DNA of 61,167 nucleotides, counting the filler, from Squatina squatina (lineage: Eukaryota): NCBI GenBank assembly GCA_031763465.1. It is 4 parts of 4 records of this genome, joined end to end, with 100 filler letters (N's around TTAATTAATTAA, not from the genome) between each part and the next. Parts side by side here need not be neighbours in the genome. Positions count along the whole stretch, not along the records: positions 32,582 to 47,701 come from JARFOE010000120.1; 3 more parts are not named here. One strand, 5' to 3'. A program made the translations under genes and the position numbers. Positions 35,791 through 47,801 of this stretch are shown piece by piece. The notes beneath the pieces are model-generated. The model saw nothing but the letters and a program-made list of their open reading frames with translations, was not told where the DNA came from and did no database searches. Positions within the stretch are counted from its first letter, which is position 1. Every line of letters starts with the position of its first letter.

Positions 35791-36240
35791 GATGGGGGAG
35801 CAATCCCTCAATGCCTTTGAAGCTCAAACCTTNNNNNNNNNNGTTGCCGGTACCGAGACCCGAGAAACCCAACGTGAAGGAAATGCAATATTTCCACAAT
35901 GACGGAATGTGGCACCTGTCTGTGGCACTTGCAAGTATGTTCCATTACCTTTTGTGGCTGGCTGAGATTGAGACTTCCAAAGCTGAAGGAGCAGATGAAC
36001 GATGTTATTTGAGTAGCACATTAGCCTGTGTTCTCCAACTTTCAGGCCATCGTGGGCAAGAGCCAAGAGGTTCACAGAGACGATTAGGCCCTAACCAAGG
36101 TCCACCCTTCAGTTCAGGTTAACATAAGAGTTTTCAATCCAGGCTTATGCCATGGGATTTAGTCCAGGTTGGTGTGATTGCTGGCTACGCCCCAGCACGG
36201 TGTGCGGACACAGTCATTTATTGCTACCTTATTGTTCCAG

Positions 36241-36426
36241 ATGTCCTCCATCATGAAGATGAGAAAAGTCTTCTTGATGAGAAAGTGAAATGTTACAGTA
36301 ATATCGCAGCCTGCCACCTGAATACGGGAAACTTAGAGGAGGCTTTTTCCTGTTGCGATATTGTCTTGCAGCATCAGCCTCAGNNNNNNNNNNCAGCACT
36401 GCAAGGCCTTGTTCAGGAAGGGCAAG
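36241..36426 (+). CDS. FKBP8(FKBP38)-like protein, TPR exon
   Basis: gttccag|(D)VLHHEDEKSLLDEKVKCYSNIAACHLNTGNLEEAFSCCDIVLQHQPQ/HCKALFRKGK|gtagg, versus FKBP8 LKVKCLNNLAASQLKL...VLEHQPDNIKALFRKGK. The 10-N gap has CAG duplicated on both sides and collapses to an intact frame. Confidence 0.88.
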
Positions 36427-37322
36427 GTAGGCCTGGACTTGATATCAAATTAGTTATACAGATCTGATTACTCATTGATTAAAAATTTCTGCCTTTGACT
36501 TCTAATAGACATGGTAGACATCTTTGCGAATGTAGGTAAGAGGGAAGGGATACAAATCGGGTGTAGCCACAGTCTGGTGCTAATGGACTTACCATATGTA
36601 CCATTGATTGCAACAGTGTAATCTGTTGGCGAAACAGTAGGGAGATGTTGGAGCTAAAGNNNNNNNNNNNNNNNNNNNNNNNNNNNNNNNNNNNNNNNNN
36701 NNNNNNNNNNNNNNNNNNNNNNNNNNNNNNNNNNNNNNNNNNNNNNNNNNNNNNNNNNNNNNNNNNNNNNNNNNNNNNNNNNNNNNNNNNNNNNNNNNNN
36801 NNNNNNNNNNNNNNNNNNNNNNNNNNNNNNNNNNNNNNNNNNNNNNNNNNNNNNNNNNNNNNNNNNNNNNNNNNNNNNNNNNNNNNNNNNNNNNNNNNNN
36901 NNNNNNNNNNNNNNNNNNNNNNNNNNNNNNNNNNNNNNNNNNNNNNNNNNNNNNNNNNNNNNNNNNNNNNNNNNNNNNNNNNNNNNNNNNNNNNNNNNNN
37001 NNNNNNNNNNNNNNNNNNNNNNNNNNNNNNNNNNNNNNNNNNNNNNNNNNNNNNNNNNNNNNNNNNNNNNNNNNNNNNNNNNNNNNNNNNNNNNNNNNNN
37101 NNNNNNNNNNNNNNNNNNNNNNNNNNNNNNNNNNNNNNNNNNNNNNNNNNNNNNNNNNNNNNNNNNNNNNNNNNNNNNNNNNNNNNNNNNNNNNNNNNNN
37201 NNNNNNNNNNNNNNNNNNNNNNCTATACTTAAACCTAATTACTTTCTTTGTGTAAAATGCTGCTGGTATAATAATTGTGTAGAAATGTGCAGTGTCTAAA
37301 TATCTTATTCCAATTGTTTCAG

Positions 37323-37400
37323 GTGCTTGAACTGCAAGAGAAGTATTTCCTCTCAATCAAATTTCTTCGAAAAGCTTCACAAGTGGAGCCTGCAAATCAG
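37323..37400 (+). CDS. FKBP8-like protein, TPR3 exon
   Basis: tttcag|VLELQEKYFLSIKFLRKASQVEPANQ|gtgact; 78 nt; aligns with FKBP8 [26 protein letters not shown]. Confidence 0.85.
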
Positions 37401-37949
37401 GTGACTGTGATCTCAGTGCTGCTCTAACACTGCCCAAATGAGTGTGCCCTACATGCAGCTACCAGACGGTAATTGGACTGTCTATGAATCTGCTGCTCAT
37501 GTTTGTGTTGTCTCTGATTTTCCCTTCTTTCTTTGAGTCTGCTCATGCTCAGTGTGGACTGCTCCTGGCGAACGTTCTCCCTCATTCTGCTCCTCATGAT
37601 TGCGCTCTCTATGATTCTGTCCCTTTTGTGTATGTTACGATTTTTTTTTATAGTGGCTGTACTCTATATCGTTCTGCCTGACGTGAATGTACTATTTCAT
37701 GATTTTGCACCCGCTGAGGGTAGACTCAGTCACTCTGCCCTTGGTGAATGTGTTCTCTGCAGCCTCTTTTACACTGGCACTCTTTTAGTTCAAATTCAAT
37801 ACCATCCAGCATTTACACTTTTATGTACGGTTCTCTTATCCCAGTGGCAGAAGGTAGACCCTGTTTTTTGTGGGTTGAGGAGACTGCCTCAGGGATAATT
37901 CAACAGGGTAATTACCAGGAGCTGGCAATGGATCCCAGAATCCCAGAAT

Positions 37950-38176
37950 AGAATCATAGAAACTTACAGTAATGAAGGAGGCTAATCGGCCCATCGGGCC
38001 TGTGCTGGCTCTTTGAAAGAGCAGTTGTGCTTTGTCCCACATCACTGCCTTTTGTCTGTAAATCTGTAGGTTCCTCATCCTCAAGTATCTGTCCAACTCC
38101 TTTGAAAAGTTACTTATAGAATCACCTTCCACCATCTTTTCGGGTAGAGCGATCCAGATCCCGACAACTCTCCGAG
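37950..38176 (-). mobile_element. CR1 LINE 3' end
   Basis: RRVVGIWIALPEKMVEGDSISNFSKELDRYL plus the CR1 3' UTR and tail. Confidence 0.85.
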
Positions 38177-38757
38177 NNNNNNNNNNNNNNNNNNNNNNNN
38201 NNNNNNNNNNNNNNNNNNNNNNNNNNNNNNNNNNNNNNNNNNNNNNNNNNNNNNNNNNNNNNNNNNNNNNNNNNNNTAAACAGTCAGTAGCTTGCCAATG
38301 CTCATTGTTTAAACTGGCACATGAAGAATGGGCACTTGGACAAGGTACTGGGGGGTGCATGGTATCAGTGGAACTGTACCCCAGTGCGAGTCATCACTCT
38401 CAAGAGACAGGTGAAAATTTATAAGATATGGAAAGTCAAGCATTTATCTATCCGTCTCATGAACCAGTAATGAATTGGTTTCCCATTACTGACTTGCTAC
38501 ATCTCTCAGAGGATTATAAGGTAATGCTCTTTCATGGCTCGTGCAAGGAAAACATGTTGATGATGTGAAGCACACATCCAGTGAATCCGTTTTGAACAAT
38601 TGCATAGTGTTGGATTTTTCATGGTAACACAGTGGAAACGTTCTATATGCATGGCAATGGCAGATTTCAGTAACTGTAAATGGAATTAGGCCATCATGAA
38701 CTAGTGCTTAACAGGGACTGTCCTAAGAAGTTTGTTTCTCACTGCCATAGGCTGAAG

Positions 38758-38860
38758 ATAGTAAGGTTAAAAATACAATGAATCATTCAGAAACGCAGGA
38801 ACAGCCAGAAGAATGCCAAAAGATTTAAAGAGATGCTGAACCTTTCGGAGACTGATTTAG
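38758..38860 (+). pseudogene. FKBP8-like post-TPR helix exon carrying an in-frame TGA (38779-38781)
   Basis: ctgaag|IVRLKIQ*IIQKRRNSQKNAKRFKEMLNLSETDL|gtatgt aligns with FKBP8 TIHAELSKLVKKH...LYRKMLG. Using the nearby TAG acceptor at 38750 also reaches a stop. Confidence 0.6.
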
Positions 38861-40774
38861 GTATGTTTGTTTGATTAATCTTTCAAATAGCAAATGGGGT
38901 GATTGTTAGAGTGGTCCTAAAGGGCAAGTGCTGTTTGAATAATGGGTTCAATTTTGCAGGAGTGCTTAATGTGTTCTCTCAGACCTGAACCCAGTTGAGG
39001 TATAAAATTATAATACATATTTATACTGGTGGCCACAGAAGTGGAAAACCCCAGCCACTGTGTAACTGCTTAGTTCAGTTTATAAGTTTTACCTATACTG
39101 ACCCTGTCCAATCAACTTAGTAACTATTGCATCTCTGCTGCACCCCTTTGTCCCAGCACATTTTGTCAGATTAAATCTATGTTATACCTGCCCAGTCAAG
39201 ACAGCAACTGTAAATATATATTAGATATGTCTGGTTCAGTTCAGCTCCATGATTAACTGCTAACATTGGTGCCTATTCAGCCTGTGTCTGCTACACCTAT
39301 GTTGGACCGTTCCTGTCCATACAGTACCTGCTTAACTATATTGGACTTGCCCTGTCTCCACACAGGAATAGATAGAATCAAAATGATGCAGTTGGATAAT
39401 GTATGTTTAAAAGTTATTCTTTGAAAGAAACAAAAGTTAGATTGTGATTGATCATGCTGACATTGTATGTGACTTTGTGCCACAGACTGACGCCAGACTG
39501 CATAACTAGGGTAGCTAATGCCGCAGGCACGATACTCAAACTCTTTCCCTTGACAGCTACAAGCTTGTGGTATGAGACCAATGCCTCAATTGCTGTACTG
39601 GTACCAATAATGTTTCATTCTGTATTTAGTAGGAACTGAGGGATTTTGAGCCAGATCAGGCCTGTGTGGACACAAATTAGGCGTTATTGATATCAGTGTC
39701 TGCACAGAAAATCATATATCTTTAAAACAGAGCGCATTTGGAAAAAAATGTCTTTGAAGTTTGTTTGCTGTCATTGACATATGCTCCAGAAACAGTTTGT
39801 AGGGGCCAATATATCTTGTGAACTGTATTTTTCTTTTTTTGATTAATCATTGCGCAACTTTTTTTTCTCAGATTCTCAGCGTATTTTCTGGATGCATGCA
39901 TTAGGAGATACATCTATTACCCTTAAAGGTATTACTGTGTCCAGGCGGTTTGAGAAAACACCTAAGGATAGAAATTCCTGTTGATACTATTAGTGGATGA
40001 ATGCTTAACATGTTTGTGTGATATGTTCCTGTCCACTCTTTCAATTCGATTTTAACTTGTTTAAAATAAACGGGTTAATGCCCTGATTAAAACAATGGAC
40101 AAAGGAATGTCATTCGAATGCCCAGTTTTTCTGCTAGCATGGCCATCAGTAATATTCAGTCCATAATCTACAAAGAAGAGCAATGATTAAGCTATTATGT
40201 AAATCCACTGACCTGAATCTACACCTGGAGTTGGTTGCTAGACTAAACAACTATATGTACACCTGGATTGAACATTTTATCTTGTGGACCAGACAACTTG
40301 CTTCTGCACTGAATACCTTATTGAAGGAGAGCGACAAAGAGAAAAGTGGCACAGGCCAGAATGAAAGTTCATGTTTGNNNNNNNNNNNNNNNNNNNNNNN
40401 NNNNNNNNNNNNNNNNNNNNNNNNNNNNNNNNNNNNNNNNNNNNNNNNNNNNNNNNNNNNNNNNNNNNNNNNNNNNNTATAACATATTACTGGCTTTGCT
40501 GATTGTTGCTCTGCATAGGTTGGACACATTGAGTGTCAAGCAATATTCCCTCTAAGATATGTGTGTGCAGCTGCGCAGAAATCTGGAATGTACTGCACAT
40601 TGAAATAAACAGGCCGCTCACAACTTCGCCAGTCCATAACTGTGTTCGCATTTTCACCTAATACCATGTCCAAGCAAAAAGCAGGAGCTCAGGCATCAAC
40701 ATCAACATAATTTTTGACATGAATCTGATCTTTGTGTGCCCAACAGAGCTGTAGCAGTTGGAACATTCTGTGAC

Positions 40775-40838
40775 ATGGAGCATGAACATGTAATCTGCGA
40801 TTCAGTGCAATATCTTGAAGGCTGGAATGATGTGCTCG
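40775..40838 (+). CDS. FKBP8-like protein, probable first coding exon
   Basis: Acceptor at 40746, Kozak GACATGG, MEHEHVICDSVQYLEGWNDVL-G|gtatgt; WNDVL|G corresponds to FKBP8 WLDIL|G. Confidence 0.75.
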
Positions 40839-40920
40839 GTATGTACAATGGGCCTTGCAATTATCAACAAGACAACAGAGATAAGTATATCAAAGCATGA
40901 CAGTAAACTTGTTTCCTTAG

Positions 40921-41036
40921 GGAATGGCCTGCTGAAGAAAATAACTCTCAGATCTGGCAATGACCAACTTGACAATCCACAAACTGGCCAAAGTGTCAAC
41001 ATCTGGATAAGAACAATGTTTTCAAATAGGAAAGTT
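40921..41036 (+). CDS. FKBP8-like protein, FKBP-domain exon (3' part in gap)
   Basis: tccttag|(G)NGLLKKITLRSGNDQLDNPQTGQSVNIWIRTMFSNRKV versus FKBP8 GNGLLRKKTLVPG...RPVKGQVVTVHLQTSLENG. Confidence 0.82.
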
Positions 41037-41420
41037 NNNNNNNNNNNNNNNNNNNNNNNNNNNNNNNNNNNNNNNNNNNNNNNNNNNNNNNNNNNNNNNN
41101 NNNNNNNNNNNNNNNNNNNNNNNNNNNNNNNNNNNNACTTGGTATTATCAGTGACCTCGAGACTGCAATATAGACCATAACGTTGCTCGTGTTGACGCTA
41201 TTGGTGAATCAGTAACTCATCTTCTAGGCATTTTTTGGAAGGATTTGCCATGTGAAATAAAAGTAGTCAGGGCTTCCAATGAAAGTGCAAATGTGTATTG
41301 CTGGGGCCGAATGTTGCCTTTCACTTTATCGTGAAACAGGATTGGCTTGTGTGCCTGATGTGGCCTTTGAGTCCGAGTGTGCAATGCTTCTGTTTAATAA
41401 ATCTAACTGTCTTCTTGCAG

Positions 41421-41483
41421 GTAAGCCAATATTTTCTGTGGACATTCATCCCGATGGAACCAAGTTTGCAACAGGTGGACAAG
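41421..41483 (+). CDS. HIRA: Histone chaperone HIRA, exon 2 (WD40 start)
   Basis: cttgcag|GKPIFSVDIHPDGTKFATGGQG|gtaag; 63 nt. Confidence 0.96.
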
Positions 41484-42181
41484 GTAAGAGCCAGGCCGCG
41501 GGCTGCCAACCGTTTAGATTAGAGATGGTAAGGCCCAGAAATCCCAAATGGCGTACAGGCTGCTCTCTGTCCCCTTTCATAATCAGCCTTGCGGCCAGAA
41601 GAAACTACAGTGTAATTTTTGGTAAGTGAATTTGTTAACCTGGACAGCACGATAGTTTGTTCTACTCGGTCCATTATATCACGGATTGCAAGCTGTGGTT
41701 TCACTGGCCCACCGCATTACCATGTGGCAGCTGTAATCCACCCTGCTGTGGAAATAATAGCCTTTCCCATATACAGAGGCCTATTACAGNNNNNNNNNNN
41801 NNNNNNNNNNNNNNNNNNNNNNNNNNNNNNNNNNNNNNNNNNNNNNNNNNNNNNNNNNNNNNNNNNNNNNNNNNNNNNNNNNNNNNNNNNNNNNNNNNNN
41901 NNNNNNNNNNNNNNNNNNNNNNNNNNNNNNNNNNNNNNNNNNNNNNNNNNNNNNNNNNNNNNNNNNNNNNNNNNNNNNNNNNNNNNNNNNNNNNNNNNNN
42001 NNNNNNNNNNNNNNNNNNNNNNNNNNNNNNNNNNNNNNNNNNNNNNNNNNNNNNNNNNNNNNNNNNNNNNNNNNNNNNNNNNNNNNNNNNNNNNNNNNNN
42101 NNNNNNNNNNNNNNNNNNNNNNNNNNNNNNNNNNNNNNNNNNNNNNNNNNNNNNNNNNNNNNNNNNNNNNNNNNNNNNNNN

Positions 42182-42217
42182 TCCCCAAAATGCTTTGCCA
42201 AATGGATAACCACCTGG
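42182..42217 (+). CDS. HIRA: HIRA exon 3, 3' end
   Basis: (I)PKMLCQMDNHL|gtacat after the gap. Confidence 0.9.
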
Positions 42218-43294
42218 GTACATGCGAGATATACGCAGAAAGCACCTTTTATGTGTCACTCAGGAACTTACTGCCCAACATTTCATTGATCTTTCACTCA
42301 TTATTTACTGTTACAGTCCTCAAACTGTAATCCATTAGGAGGGTTCTGTAAAGTTCTGGTTTGTCCTGTTTGTGTATAAAGACTATCTTTTGTGAGATAG
42401 TGAGCGTAAATGTTCCCATTAATCCTCAAAATCACTGTCTTTTTAAGGGGTGGAGAATAGTCATCCCATACAGCCAGAGTTACTAATTGGGTGTATCACC
42501 CATTTGTCTTCTTTCAATGCTGGTATCTTTTTAGCAAAGCAAAGTTATTAGATGTGCTATTAACCCTCCCTCCCACAACCCCCCCAAAAAAAGTAGGATG
42601 GCCTTTTCTCTGAGACCGCTATTTCCACAACCATTTAGTTTCATCTGCCAAGACCATAGGTAAGAAATAGATACTACGGCATCTTCTGTTTATAATATTA
42701 GGTTTATGTATTAATTCAGATGAATTAACACCTTTAATGTCATTCTTTAATAGTGAAAGCATTTTTAGATTTTATTTCACATTCTCTCTTCTCTGCATCA
42801 ATTTTCTCTCACCTTCTCCAGATGTGGGGTATGGTCGCCTGAGTGCTGGCCAGGGTCTGATACCTTACCCAATTGACCATTATTTATATGTGACCCTTGA
42901 CACTGTCAGCAGGCTTTTTGACTGTGGGGGAAGGACATCCCAGACAAGCCTCAACATGTCCTCACCTCATGCTCACACCTGCACATTTCAAGCCTGCGTT
43001 CCTTTATAGTGATTGGAAATGAGTACTTCCGCCCATTTTCTCTTCCTATCTTGGGCGCAGAGGCTCAAATTGGAGGGCCTCTTCTGCCACATATAACTCA
43101 GCACAGTTTGGATCAAATTTGGAAGCTTCTTGCCCTATTTAGCTGAGCCATTCACTGGATTAAACCTGCTGAGCTCTTGTGTGTTTGTTGTTTTNNNNNN
43201 NNNNNNNNNNNNNNNNNNNNNNNNNNNNNNNNNNNNNNNNNNNNNNNNNNNNNNNNNNNNNNNNNNNNNNNNNNNNNNNNNNNNNNNNNNNNNN

Positions 43295-44020
43295 GGTGAA
43301 GTGTTTTGTTTTGGTGGGAAGAACGAGGAGAGGCAATATAAACTAAACGGTACAGGTTTAAATGGGGTGCAGGAACAGAGGCACCTGGGGATGTGCTTAC
43401 TCAAGTCTTTGAAGGTGGCAGGACAAAGACTGTTAAAAAGGGTCCTTGGCTTTATAAGCAAAGGCAGAAAGTAGAAACGCGAGGAGGTTGTGCTGAACCT
43501 TTATAAAATACTGGGTGGACCTCAGCTGGAGCATTTTGGGCACCACAATTTAGGAAGGATGTTAACACCTGAGAGAGAGTGCAGAGGAAATGTACTAGAA
43601 TGGAGATGAAAGACTTCAGTTACATGGAGAGACTAGAGAAACTGGGGTTGTTATCCTTAGAGCAGAGAAGGTTAAGAGAAGATTTGATAAAGATGTTCAA
43701 AATCTTGAAGGGTTTTGATTGAGTAAATAATGAGAAACTGTTTCCAGTAGCAGAAGGGCCAGTAATCAAAGGACACAGTTTTAATATAATTGGCAAAAGA
43801 ACCAGAGATGTCAGGAGGAAGGCACTCATTGTGCAGTGATTTGTTATGATCTGGAAGCAAATTCAATAATAACTTTTAAAAGAAAAATGGATTTAAAAAA
43901 GTGCTGGGCTATGGGGAAAGAGCAGGAGAGTTGGACTAATTGGTTAGCTCTTTCAAAGAATCAGCACAGGAACAATGGGCCGAATGGCCTCTTTCTGTGC
44001 TGTTTCAGTCTATGATTATA
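43295..44020 (+). mobile_element. CR1 LINE 3' fragment
   Basis: FGGKNEERQYKLNG...GVQEQRHLG, then LNLYKILGGPQLE and SYMERLEKLGLLSLEQRRLREDLIKMFK, ending in the CR1 tail. Confidence 0.9.
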
Positions 44021-44395
44021 TGAATGGTAAATANNNNNNNNNNNNNNNNNNNNNNNNNNNNNNNNNNNNNNNNNNNNNNNNNNNNNNNNNNNNNNNNNNN
44101 NNNNNNNNNNNNNNNNNNNNNNNNNNNNNNNNNGTGCAGCGTTCTGAAAGGTATTTTACTCCCATCACATTTGGTGTTTAGTTTCGAAGGATTTGCCTAC
44201 TTTTGAATGAAGGCTTCTCTAAAATGCTGTGTTTTCTGCAGTCTGTGAGATTAAAAGAGCAATCTGAATAAAGTGAGAGGCTTAAGAAAACCAATTAAGA
44301 GCCTTGGCCAAGTTACTGGGAGCTTCAGTGGAAAGTAAATGGTGTGCTGGATAATAGCGTCTGAATTTTCTTTCTCTCTTTTTCTCCCTTTATAG

Positions 44396-44481
44396 AATTT
44401 ATTAAAGAAGCAGATTGAAACTAGGACAGCTGACGGACGGAGAAGAATCACTCCCTTTTGCATTGCTCAGTTAGACACGGG
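44396..44481 (+). CDS. HIRA: HIRA exon encoding the ASF1-binding B-domain
   Basis: tttatag|NLLKKQIETRTADGRRRITPFCIAQLDTG|gtaag; 86 nt. Confidence 0.96.
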
Positions 44482-46123
44482 GTAAGAGGTCATTTCAATC
44501 CCTTTTGAAAAATCTTGCAATGTGTGCTGCACAGTTAGGAACCCATGAAGAAACAAATGTGAGCTATAGATCCTATTGTGTGCCCTTACTCCTGCATTGC
44601 GCGGCGTCAACTTTGCAAACTGCTGGCTCGACTCGGCACTCCATCCCTGCTATCCAGCATCAAGAAAATATTACTCTAAGACCCATGTGTGTTTCATAGT
44701 AAATACAAAACTGGGCGTGAGTGAAAGACAGTAACTTAAGTCTGTTTTGTTCAGAAAATTTTCATAGAAGTGCANNNNNNNNNNGCTGTTCAATTACAGC
44801 TTTATAACTCCCCAGACAGCTACTTTGCTGTCATTTTTAATGTGCATTATGGTAAACTCAGGGTAGTTTTATAAACCTCCTCTCACTTGTTCAAGCGGGA
44901 AGGCTCAAACACAGCAATGTTGTTCGGGCTGTGGGGGTCAGCAAGCCATTGTGTTGAGATAGCTGTGATACAGTGGGAGCCTCGCTTAACACCAGCTTTG
45001 TTAACACTGAATGTACAAGTACTAATGTTTTATTTCAGGGGCGGGGAGTGCGGGGTGGGTCAGAGTATTTGGCAGTTGTTCTGTTTGGATGGTTCTGAGC
45101 TGTGGTACAGTGTCACTCAACACTGGTGGCAGAAAGCATTCAGCCTCCTGTGACTCTCCTTGAACTGATTTAATTCTCCAGCAATTGCACAACTCCAGTG
45201 GGTGTAAGGTGGCAGCTGTAGTACAGTTCATGGCCACTAGAGGTTGCAGGGCCACATCGAGGCCAGTTATGGTTGAGTCGGTTCATGTTGCTGGAGAAGC
45301 TGCTTCTGGTTAGACAAAGAGTGGGAGCGTGAGGTGTCTGCTGCACACAGTGACCTGGTTAGATTCACAGTGAGGCTGCAATGTTCAGAACTTCATGCTG
45401 GGGGTTTATTAGTGAATGTTCTCCAACATTAAGAACTATCGATATCAGAGGTACTGTTTCATTCACAGCAATATTTCTGAAGGACTTGTGTTTGCCCTTT
45501 TGGGCATTTTGCCATTTGCAAGATCTACAACATTTTTATAATGACATTAACTTTTACTTAACTGAGCACTGAAGAAGCTAATTTTAATTTTTGTTGTCTC
45601 GTTTTACTCCCCAGTAAAAGCACGAGTAAGTTTTCTCCTTGTCGAGGTCCGTGCTCTGCCTCTTTGGTTGGTTGATGGGCGATGCACAGTGACCACGCCT
45701 GTATCATTCCCCACGCCCACTCCATGGAGGTGACGTGGCCTACCCAGGGCTCAGATTGGGAGTTAAACCTTGGCCTCTGATTCTGTCTTGCTCCAACGTG
45801 TGATGCCATTGTACTTCCCATCCCCAAACGATCAGCTTTATGTCTCGTNNNNNNNNNNNNNNNNNNNNNNNNNNNNNNNNNNNNNNNNNNNNNNNNNNNN
45901 NNNNNNNNNNNNNNNNNNNNNNNNNNNNNNNNNNNNNNNNNNNNNNNNTCTGAGCTGTGATCGAAGTGATGGTTTGGATTTATGAACTCCACTAAATTAT
46001 TGTTTTCATTTTAAGTCATTTTAATGTAGTATTTAATCACCCAAAAACCATCATGTAAGTAAATATCGATGCCATGAAATGGCTTCTCTCATGAACTGCC
46101 TTTTGTTTTTTTTTTATTATTAG

Positions 46124-46315
46124 GGATTTTTCGACCGCTTTTTTTAATAGTGTACCCATCACAGGGGCACTTCCAGGGTCAGTGCTACCTTCACAGATCA
46201 GCCAGCCGCAGCCCTCCTCAGACTCTAATGCTGCCAAGTCCGTCTCCGCTAAACTAACTCAGGACCCTGCACCAGCCACTGCAAAGCCAGCTGAGGAGAC
46301 CCCCAACAAAGACGG
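46124..46315 (+). CDS. HIRA: HIRA exon following the B-domain
   Basis: ttattag|DFSTAFFNSVPITGALPGSVLPSQ...AKPAEETPNKD|gtaag; 192 nt, phase 2/2, in frame with the previous exon. Confidence 0.93.
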
Positions 46316-46760
46316 GTAAGATGCACAATACTGAGTACAACTGGATTTGAACAGTGGTACACAGATACATGGGCATACAAACCCAGCTCGTATTAGTCAC
46401 TGGGCACAATGCTCTGTTTAATTACCTAGTCTGCTCAGATACAATAAACACCCAACAGGAGTAGTGAGCTGTACCTGAGAGTGAGGAGGTCCAGTTAATC
46501 CCAACCCGGACATTTGAATAGTGCGAAGCAAAGTCGAAAAAAGTTCCTTGTTTAGAGTTTGAAGATGGAATGTGCTGCGGAAAGTAGAGAGGAACAAAAG
46601 ATGATTCTTCCCCTCCCCCACTCGAAAGGAAGGAACATGCTCCGCAGCAGGTGCAGCTGGACGGTGGTGGTTATAATAGAGCAATAGTGCCATCTGTTGC
46701 AGGGAGTTGGTACTTCAGCAACAAAGTGTTTGGAACTGAACAAAACAAGATGATTAATTC

Positions 46761-46887
46761 AAAAGCAAAAACACTGCGGAGGCTGGTATCTGAAATAAAA
46801 ACAGAAAATGCTGGAAAAACTCAGTAGGTTAGGTGGGCAGCATCTGTGGAGAGAGAAACAGAGTTAATGTTTCAGGTCGATGACCCT
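46761..46887 (-). mobile_element. Penelope-associated short repeat, second copy
   Basis: Same family as 19411-19510; retains AGGGTC-ATC-GACCT-GAAAC on the minus strand but is truncated before the CTGANGA box. Confidence 0.7.
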
Positions 46888-47701
46888 ACACCCATTAGAC
46901 TCATGAAATAAGGCATGACTAGATGTAATTGCAGTAGCACAATGATCTGATGCCTGTCATATGCTGCATTGGTAATAAGACCTGGCTTTACATCTTCAGT
47001 TAAAATAATTTAGGAAATTACACAAAGCTGCTGTACAACAAATGAAAACTTCATATTCAACAAAAGGATGTGTCAAGATCAGTCCAGTACTAAGAGAAAC
47101 TTTACTAACTGTTATGAATTCACAAGAGTATTATGACCAGCATGATATATGCATATATTTCTATCATACTGTTGGCCACATTATATAACTAAAAGTTTTG
47201 CACCTAGCATCTCTTTCACAGCACACCTTTCAAAAGGCATCACGCCTGAAAATGTGGTCTCTGTGGTGTCAGACATCCAAAACTTTCACATCAAGGCATC
47301 ACACCTCAAAAGTATTATAAACATGTAGGGTAAAAATGAGTGATTGGTAGCTTAACAGATCTGTGCTTATTTCAACCAATTACCAAACATGAACAAATCA
47401 AAAGCAGCTCAATTCAGCTAGTAAGTACCAATGAGTAAGTACCAAAAAATTGAGCAATCAAATGGTTCATTTCTTTCCCAAAGCTACTAATCACAAACTG
47501 GTAAGTAATAAAAAATGACTAATAAAAAAATGCCCAAATAACTTTGTTAACTGTGTTTGAGCCACCATTGTGATTTTGCAGCTAGCTGAAAAGATGACCT
47601 TGTAAGTAACATTTAAAACATAAAAACCCATTAAAAATTAGACAATTCAGAATAAAAAGCTTTCTATTACTCAACGTTCCATTTTGGTGCGGTGAATGCC
47701 T

Positions 47702-47801
47702 NNNNNNNNNNNNNNNNNNNNNNNNNNNNNNNNNNNNNNNNNNNNTTAATTAATTAANNNNNNNNNNNNNNNNNNNNNNNNNNNNNNNNNNNNNNNNNNN
47801 N
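47702..47801. other. Artificial concatenation linker
   Basis: 44N + TTAATTAATTAA + 44N. Confidence 0.95.

Noticed and set aside
35843-35902. QREGNAIFPQ as a possible TPR1 fragment of the FKBP8-like gene
   Set aside because: Too short, followed at once by a stop, and without matching splice sites.
36589-37356. Long ORFs in the track that span N-runs (also 21089-21535 and 41619-42289)
   Set aside because: Their length comes from untranslatable Ns.
38779-38781. In-frame TGA as selenocysteine
   Set aside because: It aligns to a basic residue rather than Cys, and no SECIS was identified; CpG decay is the simpler explanation.
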